From Candidatus Dojkabacteria bacterium (GTDB lineage Bacteria > Patescibacteriota > Dojkabacteria > GCA-002793355): a stretch of 41,880 bases of DNA. Positions 1-7,613 of the stretch are shown piece after piece. The stretch is taken from assembly GCA_030583685.1 (NCBI GenBank), contig CP129470.1:701412-743291 (forward strand). Reading direction: 5' to 3'. Each line of letters opens with the position of its first letter. Positions within the stretch are counted from its first letter, which is position 1. A program made the translations under genes and the position numbers. Under the pieces are notes generated by a model. It was not told the DNA's origin, did not search any database, and saw only the letters and a list, made by a program, of their open reading frames with translations.

Positions 1-413
1 ACAGTGATGTGTAGTGGTTCCGCAAAATATTTGTAGCCATATGTCGGAGGGAATTCTGGAGTCGCTCGGTATGGTTGTACGTGTTTTGCGATATTGTCTT
101 GGAGTGTTCGTAGTTCAGGAGATTCCTGAAACGTGAGAAGCAGTAACCCTGATTCGGTTTTTTTCAACGCTGACACTTGGAGTGAGATTACTGTGTGCTC
201 CGGAATTGATTGATCAATCTGTTGAACTTGTGGCAAGTGTGAGGTTAGCACATCTTTTGCGACATATAGCGTTATTTTTGGATAAAAGGAGGAATCTCTC
301 TTTGGTGATACAGTGAAATCTGTACGTAATTCACGTACGAGTTCCGCAACCAGAGAATATGACCTTTGTGATACTAAATATGATACGAAGAGTGATAGTG
401 ATTCCCCTTTCAT
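1..413 (-). CDS. 2H phosphoesterase (LigT/ThpR-like) family protein, truncated by the window edge
   Basis: The minus-strand frame is open from the ATG (rc of 411-413) to the window edge. It is missing from the ORF track because it has no stop. Translation MKGESLSLFVSY...AEPLHITV shows the second H-x-T motif (LHITV) of 2H phosphoesterases. The first motif position reads K-I-T (PKITLY). A TAAAAT box lies 5 nt upstream of the ATG. Confidence 0.4.
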   Translation of the reverse strand, partial: MKGESLSLFVSYLVSQRSYSLVAELVRELRTDFTVSPKRDSSFYPKITLYVAKDVLTSHLPQVQQIDQSIPEHTVISLQVSALKKTESGLLLLTFQESPELRTLQDNIAKHVQPYRATPEFPPTYGYKYFAEPLHIT

Positions 414-448
414 ACTGTATTTTACACTGCAATGCGTTATAATCACAA

Positions 449-1591
449 ATGATTGCATTTTTCCTTGGAACTCATCCAGAACTTTCTTTGGCTGAGCTAC
501 GGCTTGTGTTTGAGACACGAGAAACATTACGTTATTTATCTGTTGCGTTGTTTGACTTAGATGAGGAAGTTGTTTCAAAGCGGTTTACCGCACTTGGCGG
601 GGTCCCTCGTTACGGATCTGTGTTAGGAACGATCCCCCGACATGACGACGAGATTGAGCGAAAAATTCAAGAAGTTCTCATTACAGATTTGAAAGAAGAA
701 TCAAGACGAGAATATGTAATCTCTTTGTATGGCGTAAAACTGGATAAACGGTCATTTCATCATGATTTGAAGGACTTGCTCTCAGGGGTAAAATATGACG
801 GAAAATTTGACGAACCTCAACATGCTCCTGCCACAAGTGCTCATGTCCTTGCTCGAGGTGGGCACGAATATTCGTTGGTGATGATTGAAAATCTCGTGTA
901 TGTTATTAAAACAAAACAAGTGCAGGACGCAAAATTTTGGTCGATTATTGATGCAGAACGCCCAGAGCGAGATATGAAAATTGGCATGTTGCCGGCAAAA
1001 CTTGCGCGGATGATGATCAATATGTCTGGAGCCGAAATGGGGGGTAAATTATGGGATCCGTTTGTGGGGCTTGGAACTGTTGCAATGCAAGCCGCTTTTT
1101 TAGGAATTCCTGTTCATGGAACCGACAAGGCACAACAAAGTATTGAAAAATCACGTCAAAATATGCAGTGGTTGATTAAAAAAGGACTGGTTGCCCAGGC
1201 GAAGCATACGTTACTGCAAGAGCCAATTGAACGCGCAAGAGTGGATCGCTCTATTTCAGCAATTGTGACTGAGCCTTTCTTAGGGAAACCTCGTTTTAAA
1301 CCCTTTGCCTCAGGAGTACTTGCACAGCGAGAATGGAAACAAATTAATCGATTGTATGGTAGTTTACTGCAAATCGCAGCAAAAACACTAAGTTCTGGAG
1401 ATCGATTGGTCATGGTGAAACCACTTTTCTCCTTTGTTGCGAGAAATGGGCGTGAGTGGTATAATCCACCACTAGCAGCGTCACCTTCCGTGTGGAGAAT
1501 TCCGGAACTGATCCAAGATATCGGACCACTCATCTGGACTCACCGAGATAGCGTTGTTGGAAGACAAATCATGATTCTCGAAAAGAGATAG
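449..1591 (+). CDS. SAM-dependent methyltransferase, UPF0020/Trm11-like putative RNA methylase
   Basis: 380-aa ORF. SAM-binding motif I is DPFVGLGTV and the motif IV-like sequence is TEPFLGKP. TATAAT (438-443) lies 5 nt upstream of the ATG. Confidence 0.65.
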   Translation: MIAFFLGTHPELSLAELRLVFETRETLRYLSVALFDLDEEVVSKRFTALGGVPRYGSVLGTIPRHDDEIERKIQEVLITDLKEESRREYVISLYGVKLDKRSFHHDLKDLLSGVKYDGKFDEPQHAPATSAHVLARGGHEYSLVMIENLVYVIKTKQVQDAKFWSIIDAERPERDMKIGMLPAKLARMMINMSGAEMGGKLWDPFVGLGTVAMQAAFLGIPVHGTDKAQQSIEKSRQNMQWLIKKGLVAQAKHTLLQEPIERARVDRSISAIVTEPFLGKPRFKPFASGVLAQREWKQINRLYGSLLQIAAKTLSSGDRLVMVKPLFSFVARNGREWYNPPLAASPSVWRIPELIQDIGPLIWTHRDSVVGRQIMILEKR

Positions 1592-1611
1592 TTAAACTGT
1601 AGCAAAAAAAT

Positions 1612-1974
1612 ATGGCGCACGTAAAAGCTGGGTCATCCAGAGCACATCAAAAAGCAAACGTTGTTGGTAAACGACGAGGCCTTAAAGTAAATCAAGGACA
1701 AACTGTTCGTGGTGGACAAATTTTAGTTCGCCAAACAGGTATTGTGTATAAAGCGGGGATGAATACTAAGCTTAGTCGCGATAGTTCCGTTGTTTCTCGA
1801 GTTGCAGGGGTTGTTCAATTTTCATATCTCCGAAGACCAAATGGCTTACGAACCGTTGTCAACGTCTGGCCAAAGGTGGAAGCTCCAAAAAGTGAGAAGA
1901 AAGTTGTTGCAAAGAAAGTAGCACCAAAGAAGCGAGTTACCAAAGTTGAGACAAAAACAGAAGAGAAAGCGTAG
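1612..1974 (+). CDS. rpmA: 50S ribosomal protein L27 with Lys-rich C-terminal extension
   Basis: N-terminus MAHVKAGSS...GGQILVRQTG..YKAG matches the L27 signature. About 35 extra K/E/V-rich residues follow at the C-terminus. Confidence 0.9.
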   Translation: MAHVKAGSSRAHQKANVVGKRRGLKVNQGQTVRGGQILVRQTGIVYKAGMNTKLSRDSSVVSRVAGVVQFSYLRRPNGLRTVVNVWPKVEAPKSEKKVVAKKVAPKKRVTKVETKTEEKA

Positions 1975-1976
1975 TC

Positions 1977-2735
1977 ATGAAGATTACGATTGATTCAAAA
2001 ATATTCCAACATGCTCCGGCTCTTCGTCTAGGATGTGTATTGCTCGAGGGAATTGTGAATGACGGCCCAGAAAGTAACGCACTCCTTAAAAAATTACGAA
2101 ATATTGTACAGGAAACGCAACATTCATTTTCACTTGATACACTTACCGAAGTTCCCTTTGTATCTCGTTGGAGATCGGTGTATCGCAGTTTTGGTGCAAA
2201 ACCCTCAGATTATCGGAGTTCCATAGAAAATCTTATTCGAATGGTACTCAACGGGAGAGAGTTGTCACACATTTCCACGCTTGTTGATTTATACAATTTC
2301 TTGTCGCTAAAATACAAATTGCCTGTTGGTGGAGAAGATGTTGACGAAATTATTGGTGAAATGCGGTTAACTGTGGCTGAGGGAACTGAACCACCAGTCA
2401 AACTGCTGGGCTCACAGCAACCGGAACCACCTTTCATGGGTGAAATTGTCTATCGAGACGACGAAGGGATTATTTGCAGGTGCTTCAATTGGCGCGAGGC
2501 AGCTCGTACAAGTCTGCAAAAGTCTACAAAAAATGCAATAATCGTTATGGAAGCAATTGATCCTGAGGAGTATGCAACACTAGATGTTGCCCTTGATGGA
2601 CTGATGACTCTTTCAGGGCATTTTCTTGGTGGAACGATGAAAAGGGTAGTGTTAACAAAAGATTCTCCTTCAGTTGATTTCTCTTTTGTGGCAACAGTTT
2701 CTCCTGAGCAGGCAGAAATGGTAAAATACGGATAA
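1977..2735 (+). CDS. B3/B4 tRNA-binding domain protein
   Basis: 252-aa ORF. The segment YRSSIENLIRMVLNGRELSHISTLVDLYNFLSLKYKLPVGGEDVD resembles the PheRS-beta B3/B4 domain family. Confidence 0.55.
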   Translation: MKITIDSKIFQHAPALRLGCVLLEGIVNDGPESNALLKKLRNIVQETQHSFSLDTLTEVPFVSRWRSVYRSFGAKPSDYRSSIENLIRMVLNGRELSHISTLVDLYNFLSLKYKLPVGGEDVDEIIGEMRLTVAEGTEPPVKLLGSQQPEPPFMGEIVYRDDEGIICRCFNWREAARTSLQKSTKNAIIVMEAIDPEEYATLDVALDGLMTLSGHFLGGTMKRVVLTKDSPSVDFSFVATVSPEQAEMVKYG

Positions 2736-2818
2736 GCCGAGGTGGTGAAATGGCAGACACGTCAGCCTTAGGAGCTGATGCCCTCACGGGCGTGGAGGTT
2801 CGACTCCTCTTCTCGGCA
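2736..2818 (+). tRNA. tRNA-Leu (anticodon TAG), no encoded CCA
   Basis: Hand-folded cloverleaf. Acceptor GCCGAGG/TCTCGGC, anticodon stem TCAGC/GCTGA with loop CTTAGGA, long variable arm GCCC-tcac-GGGC, T-loop TTCGACT, discriminator A. Confidence 0.9.
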
Positions 2819-2842
2819 GAATGACGAAAAAATTGAGGAGGA

Positions 2843-2876
2843 GAAGCCCTGAAGTGAATGTAGTAACCTACATTCA
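2843..2876 (+). repeat. tRNA-trailer hairpin element, copy 1
   Basis: gaagccctgaaGtgaatgtagtaacctacattca is 33/34 identical to 5110-5143. It contains a 9-bp stem (tgaatgtag / ctacattca) with loop taac. Weaker similarity extends over about 65-70 nt, starting 14 nt after the tRNA 3' end. Confidence 0.8.
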
Positions 2877-2928
2877 TTGAAATGGGTGATCCCTTGCAAG
2901 AAAAATTAAGATCAGAGAAGTTACAAAC

Positions 2929-3828
2929 ATGGAGCTAAAACTCGTTCACACAAGTACCAAGGATGATTTACGGTTGGCAGGGTTGTTGTACACCGGAGAA
3001 GTGAAAAGTACTTGTGCAGCAATCTATATTCACGGATTTACAAGTGATTTTTTCAGTTTTCCGTTTCCTCTGAAAATTGCTTCAGATTTGTCACGTAGTG
3101 GTGTTGCCACTGTTGTTGCGCAAACACGGGGAACTGGTCTCCATATGGAATTTCTTCGTACCTCAATGCTTGAGAGCACCTATATTGGTTCATATCACGA
3201 AATTATCGAGGAGGCCTATCTTGATATCGATGCATGGATCGAAGCCTTACAAAAGCAAGGGTACAATGAATTTGTTCTGGTCGGGCACTCGTATGGAACG
3301 CATAAAGTTGTGCGGTATCTGTATGAGGGTACGTATCAAGCATCTGTTAAAAAACTCGTTCTCCTGGGGCCATTTGATAAAAATGCGTATGTCCAGAAAA
3401 AATCTGGAGACGCGTGGCCACAACAGGTTATTGAGGCAGAGAAGAAAATTGCAGACGGGAAAGGAAAAGAGATCATTCCAAATACCTTTGATGATTACCC
3501 TATGACGATGAATACGTTTCATTCGTGGTACAAGCCTGGAAAACTAAATGAAATTTGGGATTTCTATCGAATGGATACCTATGATTTTCCGGTTTGGAAA
3601 GAATTGTCACTTCCAATCCAAGTAATTACAGGAACTGATGACGAGGCCTTTGATTTCCCGGAATTTTATTCAAAAGAGGCTGTCTATGAAAAAATGCGGG
3701 AGTTGTTTTCGTCTGGTGAGGTTGTTGTGCTTACAGGATCTGGACATTGTTTTGTTGGCTATGAAGACGAGGTTGCAGCAAAGATTACAACTTTCGTTCA
3801 ATCATATAGTCAGCAACCCCAGCAATAA
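2929..3828 (+). CDS. alpha/beta hydrolase fold protein
   Basis: 299-aa ORF with nucleophile elbow VGHSYGT and a C-terminal GSGHCF histidine motif. Confidence 0.7.
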   Translation: MELKLVHTSTKDDLRLAGLLYTGEVKSTCAAIYIHGFTSDFFSFPFPLKIASDLSRSGVATVVAQTRGTGLHMEFLRTSMLESTYIGSYHEIIEEAYLDIDAWIEALQKQGYNEFVLVGHSYGTHKVVRYLYEGTYQASVKKLVLLGPFDKNAYVQKKSGDAWPQQVIEAEKKIADGKGKEIIPNTFDDYPMTMNTFHSWYKPGKLNEIWDFYRMDTYDFPVWKELSLPIQVITGTDDEAFDFPEFYSKEAVYEKMRELFSSGEVVVLTGSGHCFVGYEDEVAAKITTFVQSYSQQPQQ

Positions 3829-4879
3829 ACTTGAACCCTTCCGATTCAGTATAGTCCGGAAACTCTCTATAGAGACTTTCTTTCGCCTTGACAACAAGGT
3901 GATGTGCAACCTCTTTGGAATGTTGGAGAGAACCAGTCTCAACGAGTATTTGTTGAATTGCCTCAAAATCAGAATCAGATAATTCTCTATTTCCAAGAGC
4001 TGCCCTCAGGGTTTTCTTTTGCAGGTCAGAGCCATGTTGCAGCGCATACACCGAAAGGAGTGTCGCTTTCCCTTCCATGATATCGTCTTTATTTGATTTC
4101 CCTGTATCATGAGGATCTCCGTAAACACCGAGTATATCGTCTTGAATTTGGAACGCGATTCCTGCTTGTTTCGTGTACGTCGTGAACTTCTGTATAGTTT
4201 CCTCGCTCTGATCTGCCAATACTGCTCCGAGTTGAATCGGGTTAAAGTAGGTGTAGTGTGCAGTTTTTAAACGGTGAACTTCTAAAACATCTGCTTCACT
4301 GACCGTTAGAATCTGTTGATTATAAATGTCTCTGATTTGTCCGTAGGCTGTGACATTTATTGCATCGTTAATTCCATGTAGCGCTCGGAGGAGAGTTTTT
4401 GGGGGGAAATGTAATCCAAGTAATAGATTTCCGGCATGGTGCATTCCCGCAAGCCCTGATAAGGTAGCTGTTGAATAGCCATAGTGGAGTGAATCACCAA
4501 GACTTAGTTTTTCTTTATGGTACCGCTCATGAAGTCGATGTGCTGTTGGTTCACCTCGTCTCAAGTCCGATTTGTCATTGAAATCGTCAATAACAAGAAG
4601 ATACGCGTGGATGAGTTCGATGGCAACTGCTGCTTGAATAACGTCTGGAAGTACGTTTCCCGTAAACATTCGATATGCTTCTATGACAAAACTTCCTCGT
4701 AGGCGTTTTGCGGTGCGAGTAACGATATCTTTGTACACGTCAATGGCATAGCCAACTGCGTCGTGATACTCTTTAGCCCCTTTCCCGAAAACTTCGGCCA
4801 GGTAGGTGTCGAGCGACTGATTAATGGTAATTTGGTGCTCGTGGAGTCTTGTTTTCGCAAATTGTGTTAAGGACTTCAT
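3785..4879 (-). CDS. polyprenyl (isoprenyl) diphosphate synthase
   Basis: 364-aa ORF. First Asp-rich motif is LLVIDDFNDKSDLRRG and second is FQIQDDILGVYGD. Confidence 0.85.
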   Translation of the reverse strand: MKSLTQFAKTRLHEHQITINQSLDTYLAEVFGKGAKEYHDAVGYAIDVYKDIVTRTAKRLRGSFVIEAYRMFTGNVLPDVIQAAVAIELIHAYLLVIDDFNDKSDLRRGEPTAHRLHERYHKEKLSLGDSLHYGYSTATLSGLAGMHHAGNLLLGLHFPPKTLLRALHGINDAINVTAYGQIRDIYNQQILTVSEADVLEVHRLKTAHYTYFNPIQLGAVLADQSEETIQKFTTYTKQAGIAFQIQDDILGVYGDPHDTGKSNKDDIMEGKATLLSVYALQHGSDLQKKTLRAALGNRELSDSDFEAIQQILVETGSLQHSKEVAHHLVVKAKESLYREFPDYTESEGFKFIAGVADYMIERKL

Positions 4880-4977
4880 AGTGTTTATCCATTTAAGACA
4901 GTGTGTATCGTACTATATCAGACGAGTGGATATTCAGAAAGATGCATCTGGTGGTAATTGATAATGAGTGCGACGAG

Positions 4978-5006
4978 TTGAAACGAATGAAGTTTTTTTG
5001 TATAAT
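4978..5006 (+). promoter_or_regulatory. sigma70-like promoter for tRNA-Glu
   Basis: TTGAAA (4978-4983), 17-nt spacer, TATAAT (5001-5006). The tRNA starts at 5015. Confidence 0.5.
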
Positions 5007-5014
5007 TCACCATT

Positions 5015-5086
5015 GCCGCTATCGTCTATCGGTTAGGACAGGGGATTTTCAATCCTCAAGGCGGGGTTCGATTCCCCGTAGCGGCA
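5015..5086 (+). tRNA. tRNA-Glu (anticodon TTC), no encoded CCA
   Basis: Hand-folded. Acceptor GCCGCTA/TAGCGGC, anticodon stem GGGGA/TCCTC with loop TTTTCAA, T-arm CGGGG-TTCGATT-CCCCG, discriminator A. Confidence 0.9.
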
Positions 5087-5109
5087 GATCATTCCTTATA
5101 TTGGGAATC

Positions 5110-5143
5110 GAAGCCCTGAATTGAATGTAGTAACCTACATTCA
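5110..5143 (+). repeat. tRNA-trailer hairpin element, copy 2
   Basis: gaagccctgaaTtgaatgtagtaacctacattca is 33/34 identical to 2843-2876. The flanking similarity begins 14 nt after the tRNA-Glu 3' end, the same offset as copy 1. Confidence 0.8.
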
Positions 5144-5213
5144 AGGAAGTGGGGGGCCCGAGTTCGAAACTCCTTGGTACGCGTAGCGCGAGTAAGTTGG
5201 TTTCGTGAGTGGG

Positions 5214-5242
5214 CGATTCCCCGTAGTGGCAGATCATTCCTT
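5214..5242 (+). repeat. duplicated 3' fragment of tRNA-Glu plus trailer (direct repeat of 5069-5097)
   Basis: cgattccccgtagTggcagatcattcctt versus cgattccccgtagCggcagatcattcctt (28/29). It lacks the 5' part of the T-arm, so it is not a functional tRNA. Confidence 0.85.
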
Positions 5243-5259
5243 TTTCGGGTAAGAAAACA

Positions 5260-5607
5260 ATGAGAAATCCATTTAAAAAATCTCTACGCAATATAAAAAA
5301 AGAAGATGCGCATGGTGGCTCAGGAAGTCGGCAGGTTCTGCTTTCGTCGGGTGACTCGATTTCAAGAAATCTCGAAGCTATGACGAAAGGCTTTATCCCT
5401 GCAGGTGGAAGGTATGATTGGCATGTGCATGAAGATGTTGACGAATTTTTCTTGGTTGTAAAAGGAAGTGGGGTGATCGAATTTGCAGAGAGTGAGTCAA
5501 TCGAGTATTTGGAGGGTGATCTTGTGTACATTCCCGCAGGAAAACAACATAGAATACTCGCATCAAAGCAGTCTGATAATGAGTTCTACTTCGTCAGGAT
5601 ACGGTAG
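5260..5607 (+). CDS. cupin domain protein
   Basis: 115-aa ORF with cupin motifs WHVHEDVDEFFLVVKGSG and LVYIPAGKQHRI. Confidence 0.6.
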   Translation: MRNPFKKSLRNIKKEDAHGGSGSRQVLLSSGDSISRNLEAMTKGFIPAGGRYDWHVHEDVDEFFLVVKGSGVIEFAESESIEYLEGDLVYIPAGKQHRILASKQSDNEFYFVRIR

Positions 5608-5733
5608 TGATCATAATTTTTACGAGAACCGAACCTTCGAAACAATCTCCAGTCTAGTTCAAAATGTTCATCATTGTGAAACATTCATTCTCTACTTGGC
5701 AAGCCCCATTCTTTGTGCTACTATGAAATCGTT

Positions 5734-6300
5734 ATGGTAGATGTTTTTAAGAAAATTCTTGATTCGTTGGAATTTTACATATTCGCTGGGGTTTTCTTTA
5801 TAATTATCTGGTATTTTGTCCTGAGTCCTCGTGCTATCGACGGTATCTCAATGTACCCATATCTTCAAAACAACGACTTCATTTTGGTGTACAAATTGCA
5901 ATATCTTTCAGATAATCCACAACGCGGTGATGTTGTAGTCTTTAAGCATTCTGAAACGCAGGATTATATTAAGCGTGTTATTGCAACCCCAGGGGAAACC
6001 GTAATGGTTCAGAATGGAAAGGTGTATGTTGATGGGAAAGAATTATATGAAGTGTATCTTGACTCAGCAGTCAGAACACAGCCAGGTGCGACACTTCGTG
6101 AAGGAGTTGCCTATAAGGTTCCTGAAAATCAGTTCGTTTTGATGGGTGATAACCGACAATATTCGACTGACTCTCGCGAATTCGGCGCAATTCCAAAGGA
6201 ATATATTGAAGGGCGCGCAGTTGTGGTGTGGTTTCCACCGGAAGAGGCAAAATTGATAAAGCGGTTATCGTATGGTGATAATTTAATGGATAATCAATAG
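5734..6300 (+). CDS. lepB: signal peptidase I
   Basis: N-terminal TM segment. Catalytic Ser box GISMYP, Lys box IKRVIATPGETV, and box E VLMGDNRQYSTDSREFG. I chose the ATG at 5734 because TTGGCA-17-TACTAT ends 9 nt upstream of it. Confidence 0.85.
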   Translation: MVDVFKKILDSLEFYIFAGVFFIIIWYFVLSPRAIDGISMYPYLQNNDFILVYKLQYLSDNPQRGDVVVFKHSETQDYIKRVIATPGETVMVQNGKVYVDGKELYEVYLDSAVRTQPGATLREGVAYKVPENQFVLMGDNRQYSTDSREFGAIPKEYIEGRAVVVWFPPEEAKLIKRLSYGDNLMDNQ

Positions 6301-7115
6301 TGAGAATTTCGTTAGTACAGACACTCGATAAATCCTTGACCCAGACACTTCCTGTCGAATCCATTAAAGTTTTTCCAAAGGTTCCTGTTATGAATATGCC
6401 GGTAAGCACGATGCTCGCTTATGCAGAAGATGTTCGAAAAGATGGTCAAAGGCTTCCTTTGGTTTGTTTCAAAACACCAGGTGGTCCAGAAATAGTTCTG
6501 GGTGAGTTATATCATCGGATTCTCAAACTTGGCTCCCTAGAGCAGGCAGTAATTGTCTATATCGATGACGTCCCAATGGAAATTCTGCATTTGGTAATTC
6601 TGGGTTATCTCGAAGGTGGGTTCATGTCTCTTGCTGAGCAAGTGATGCTGCTCCATTTTTTGAGCAAAGCAAAGAAGGTTTCTCATGCACAGTTGGCATT
6701 GCGTTTCAAATTAAGCCGAACTGTTGTCACTAACCGAATACGACTCTTTTCTCTGCCGTATGAAGTGATGTCCGGTTTAGTAAATAACGAAGTTAGTGAG
6801 GGGCATGCTCGCGCGTTACTTTCTTTGAAACGCGATGATTTAATCGTGAATGCATTTGAAATTATTAGGCGAGATGGCTTGTCGGTTCGTGAAGCAGAGG
6901 AATTAGTGCGACGGTTACTTGGTCGAGGGAAGCGCTTTAAGCAGTCAGCAACCAAGTTAACTGTCGAATATGATCATATTGCCAAACAAGTCGGTGACAT
7001 GCTAGGAACCCGTGCGTATATTCAGCCACTTTTGCGTGGTGGACGTCTCATCTTGTCATTTAAGAGTAAAGAAGACCTTCGGGAAATTCTCGAGCGAATT
7101 CGTGTTGTTGTATAG
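6300..7115 (+). CDS. ParB/Spo0J-like protein with degenerate arginine patch
   Basis: The HTH region LSRTVVTNRIRLFSLPYEVMSGLVNNEVSEGHARALL matches the ParB family. The GERRxRA box reads GELYHRI. The start (GTG at 6300 or a downstream ATG) is uncertain. Confidence 0.7.
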   Translation: MRISLVQTLDKSLTQTLPVESIKVFPKVPVMNMPVSTMLAYAEDVRKDGQRLPLVCFKTPGGPEIVLGELYHRILKLGSLEQAVIVYIDDVPMEILHLVILGYLEGGFMSLAEQVMLLHFLSKAKKVSHAQLALRFKLSRTVVTNRIRLFSLPYEVMSGLVNNEVSEGHARALLSLKRDDLIVNAFEIIRRDGLSVREAEELVRRLLGRGKRFKQSATKLTVEYDHIAKQVGDMLGTRAYIQPLLRGGRLILSFKSKEDLREILERIRVVV

Positions 7116-7118
7116 CTG

Positions 7119-7559
7119 TTACGTTTTCTTTTTTTTCGGTACAAGCGCGTCTCGAATATCCTTTAATACTGAAAGCTCGGTATCTTTGTTTTTTTCCACC
7201 GCTTTCTCTTCTTTCTTTTTCAAGGAGTTTATTGCTTTAACCAATGAAAAGACAACAACTGCAACAAGAAGAAAATTAATTGCATTTTGCAGAAGATTAC
7301 CATAGAGAATTGCAACTTCTGGAACGGATTCTGTTTCTTGCTGAAGCACCAGTTTTAAATCAACAAAATTTACCTTTCCCATAAGCACTCCGATCGGGGG
7401 GAGAAGCACATCTTTTACGAGTGAGTTGACGATGCCAGTAAATGCAGAACCTATAATAATACCTACTGCGAGATCAATGACATTTCCTCTTGCAATGAAG
7501 GTTTGGAACTCCTTCAAAATTCCGGGCACTTTTTTGAGAGGTTCTTTTGTTGGAAGCAT
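7119..7559 (-). CDS. mscL: large-conductance mechanosensitive channel
   Basis: LKEFQTFIARGNVIDLAVGIIIGSAFTGIVNSLVKDVLLPPIG is a typical MscL N-terminus. I preferred the internal ATG at 7559 over the TTG at 7607. Confidence 0.85.
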   Translation of the reverse strand: MLPTKEPLKKVPGILKEFQTFIARGNVIDLAVGIIIGSAFTGIVNSLVKDVLLPPIGVLMGKVNFVDLKLVLQQETESVPEVAILYGNLLQNAINFLLVAVVVFSLVKAINSLKKKEEKAVEKNKDTELSVLKDIRDALVPKKKKT

Positions 7560-7613
7560 GTGTGAGTAGGTGAATTTAGTATCGTTACTATTGCGAGTAT
7601 AGTACAATGTCCG

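Noticed and set aside
313-495. 60-aa plus-strand ORF spanning the divergent promoter region.
   Set aside because: It overlaps the start of the minus-strand 2H-phosphoesterase-like gene and the start of the methyltransferase gene. Its composition is low-complexity and it has no motif.
2545-2877. Minus-strand ORFs 2545-2877 and 5049-5531 share the peptide NVGYYI(H/Q)FRAS, which looks like a small conserved gene family.
   Set aside because: The shared peptide is just the translation of the 34-nt tRNA-trailer hairpin repeat. Both ORFs run antisense through tRNA genes and well-supported plus-strand genes (the B3/B4 protein and the cupin).
2877-2928. Possible decayed duplicate of the tRNA-Leu 3' end downstream of hairpin copy 1 (tgatcccttgcaagaaaaatt versus cgactcctcttctcggcagaatgacgaaaaaatt).
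   Set aside because: The alignment needs several gaps and is dominated by an A-rich stretch. It is far weaker than the clean 28/29 duplication at tRNA-Glu.
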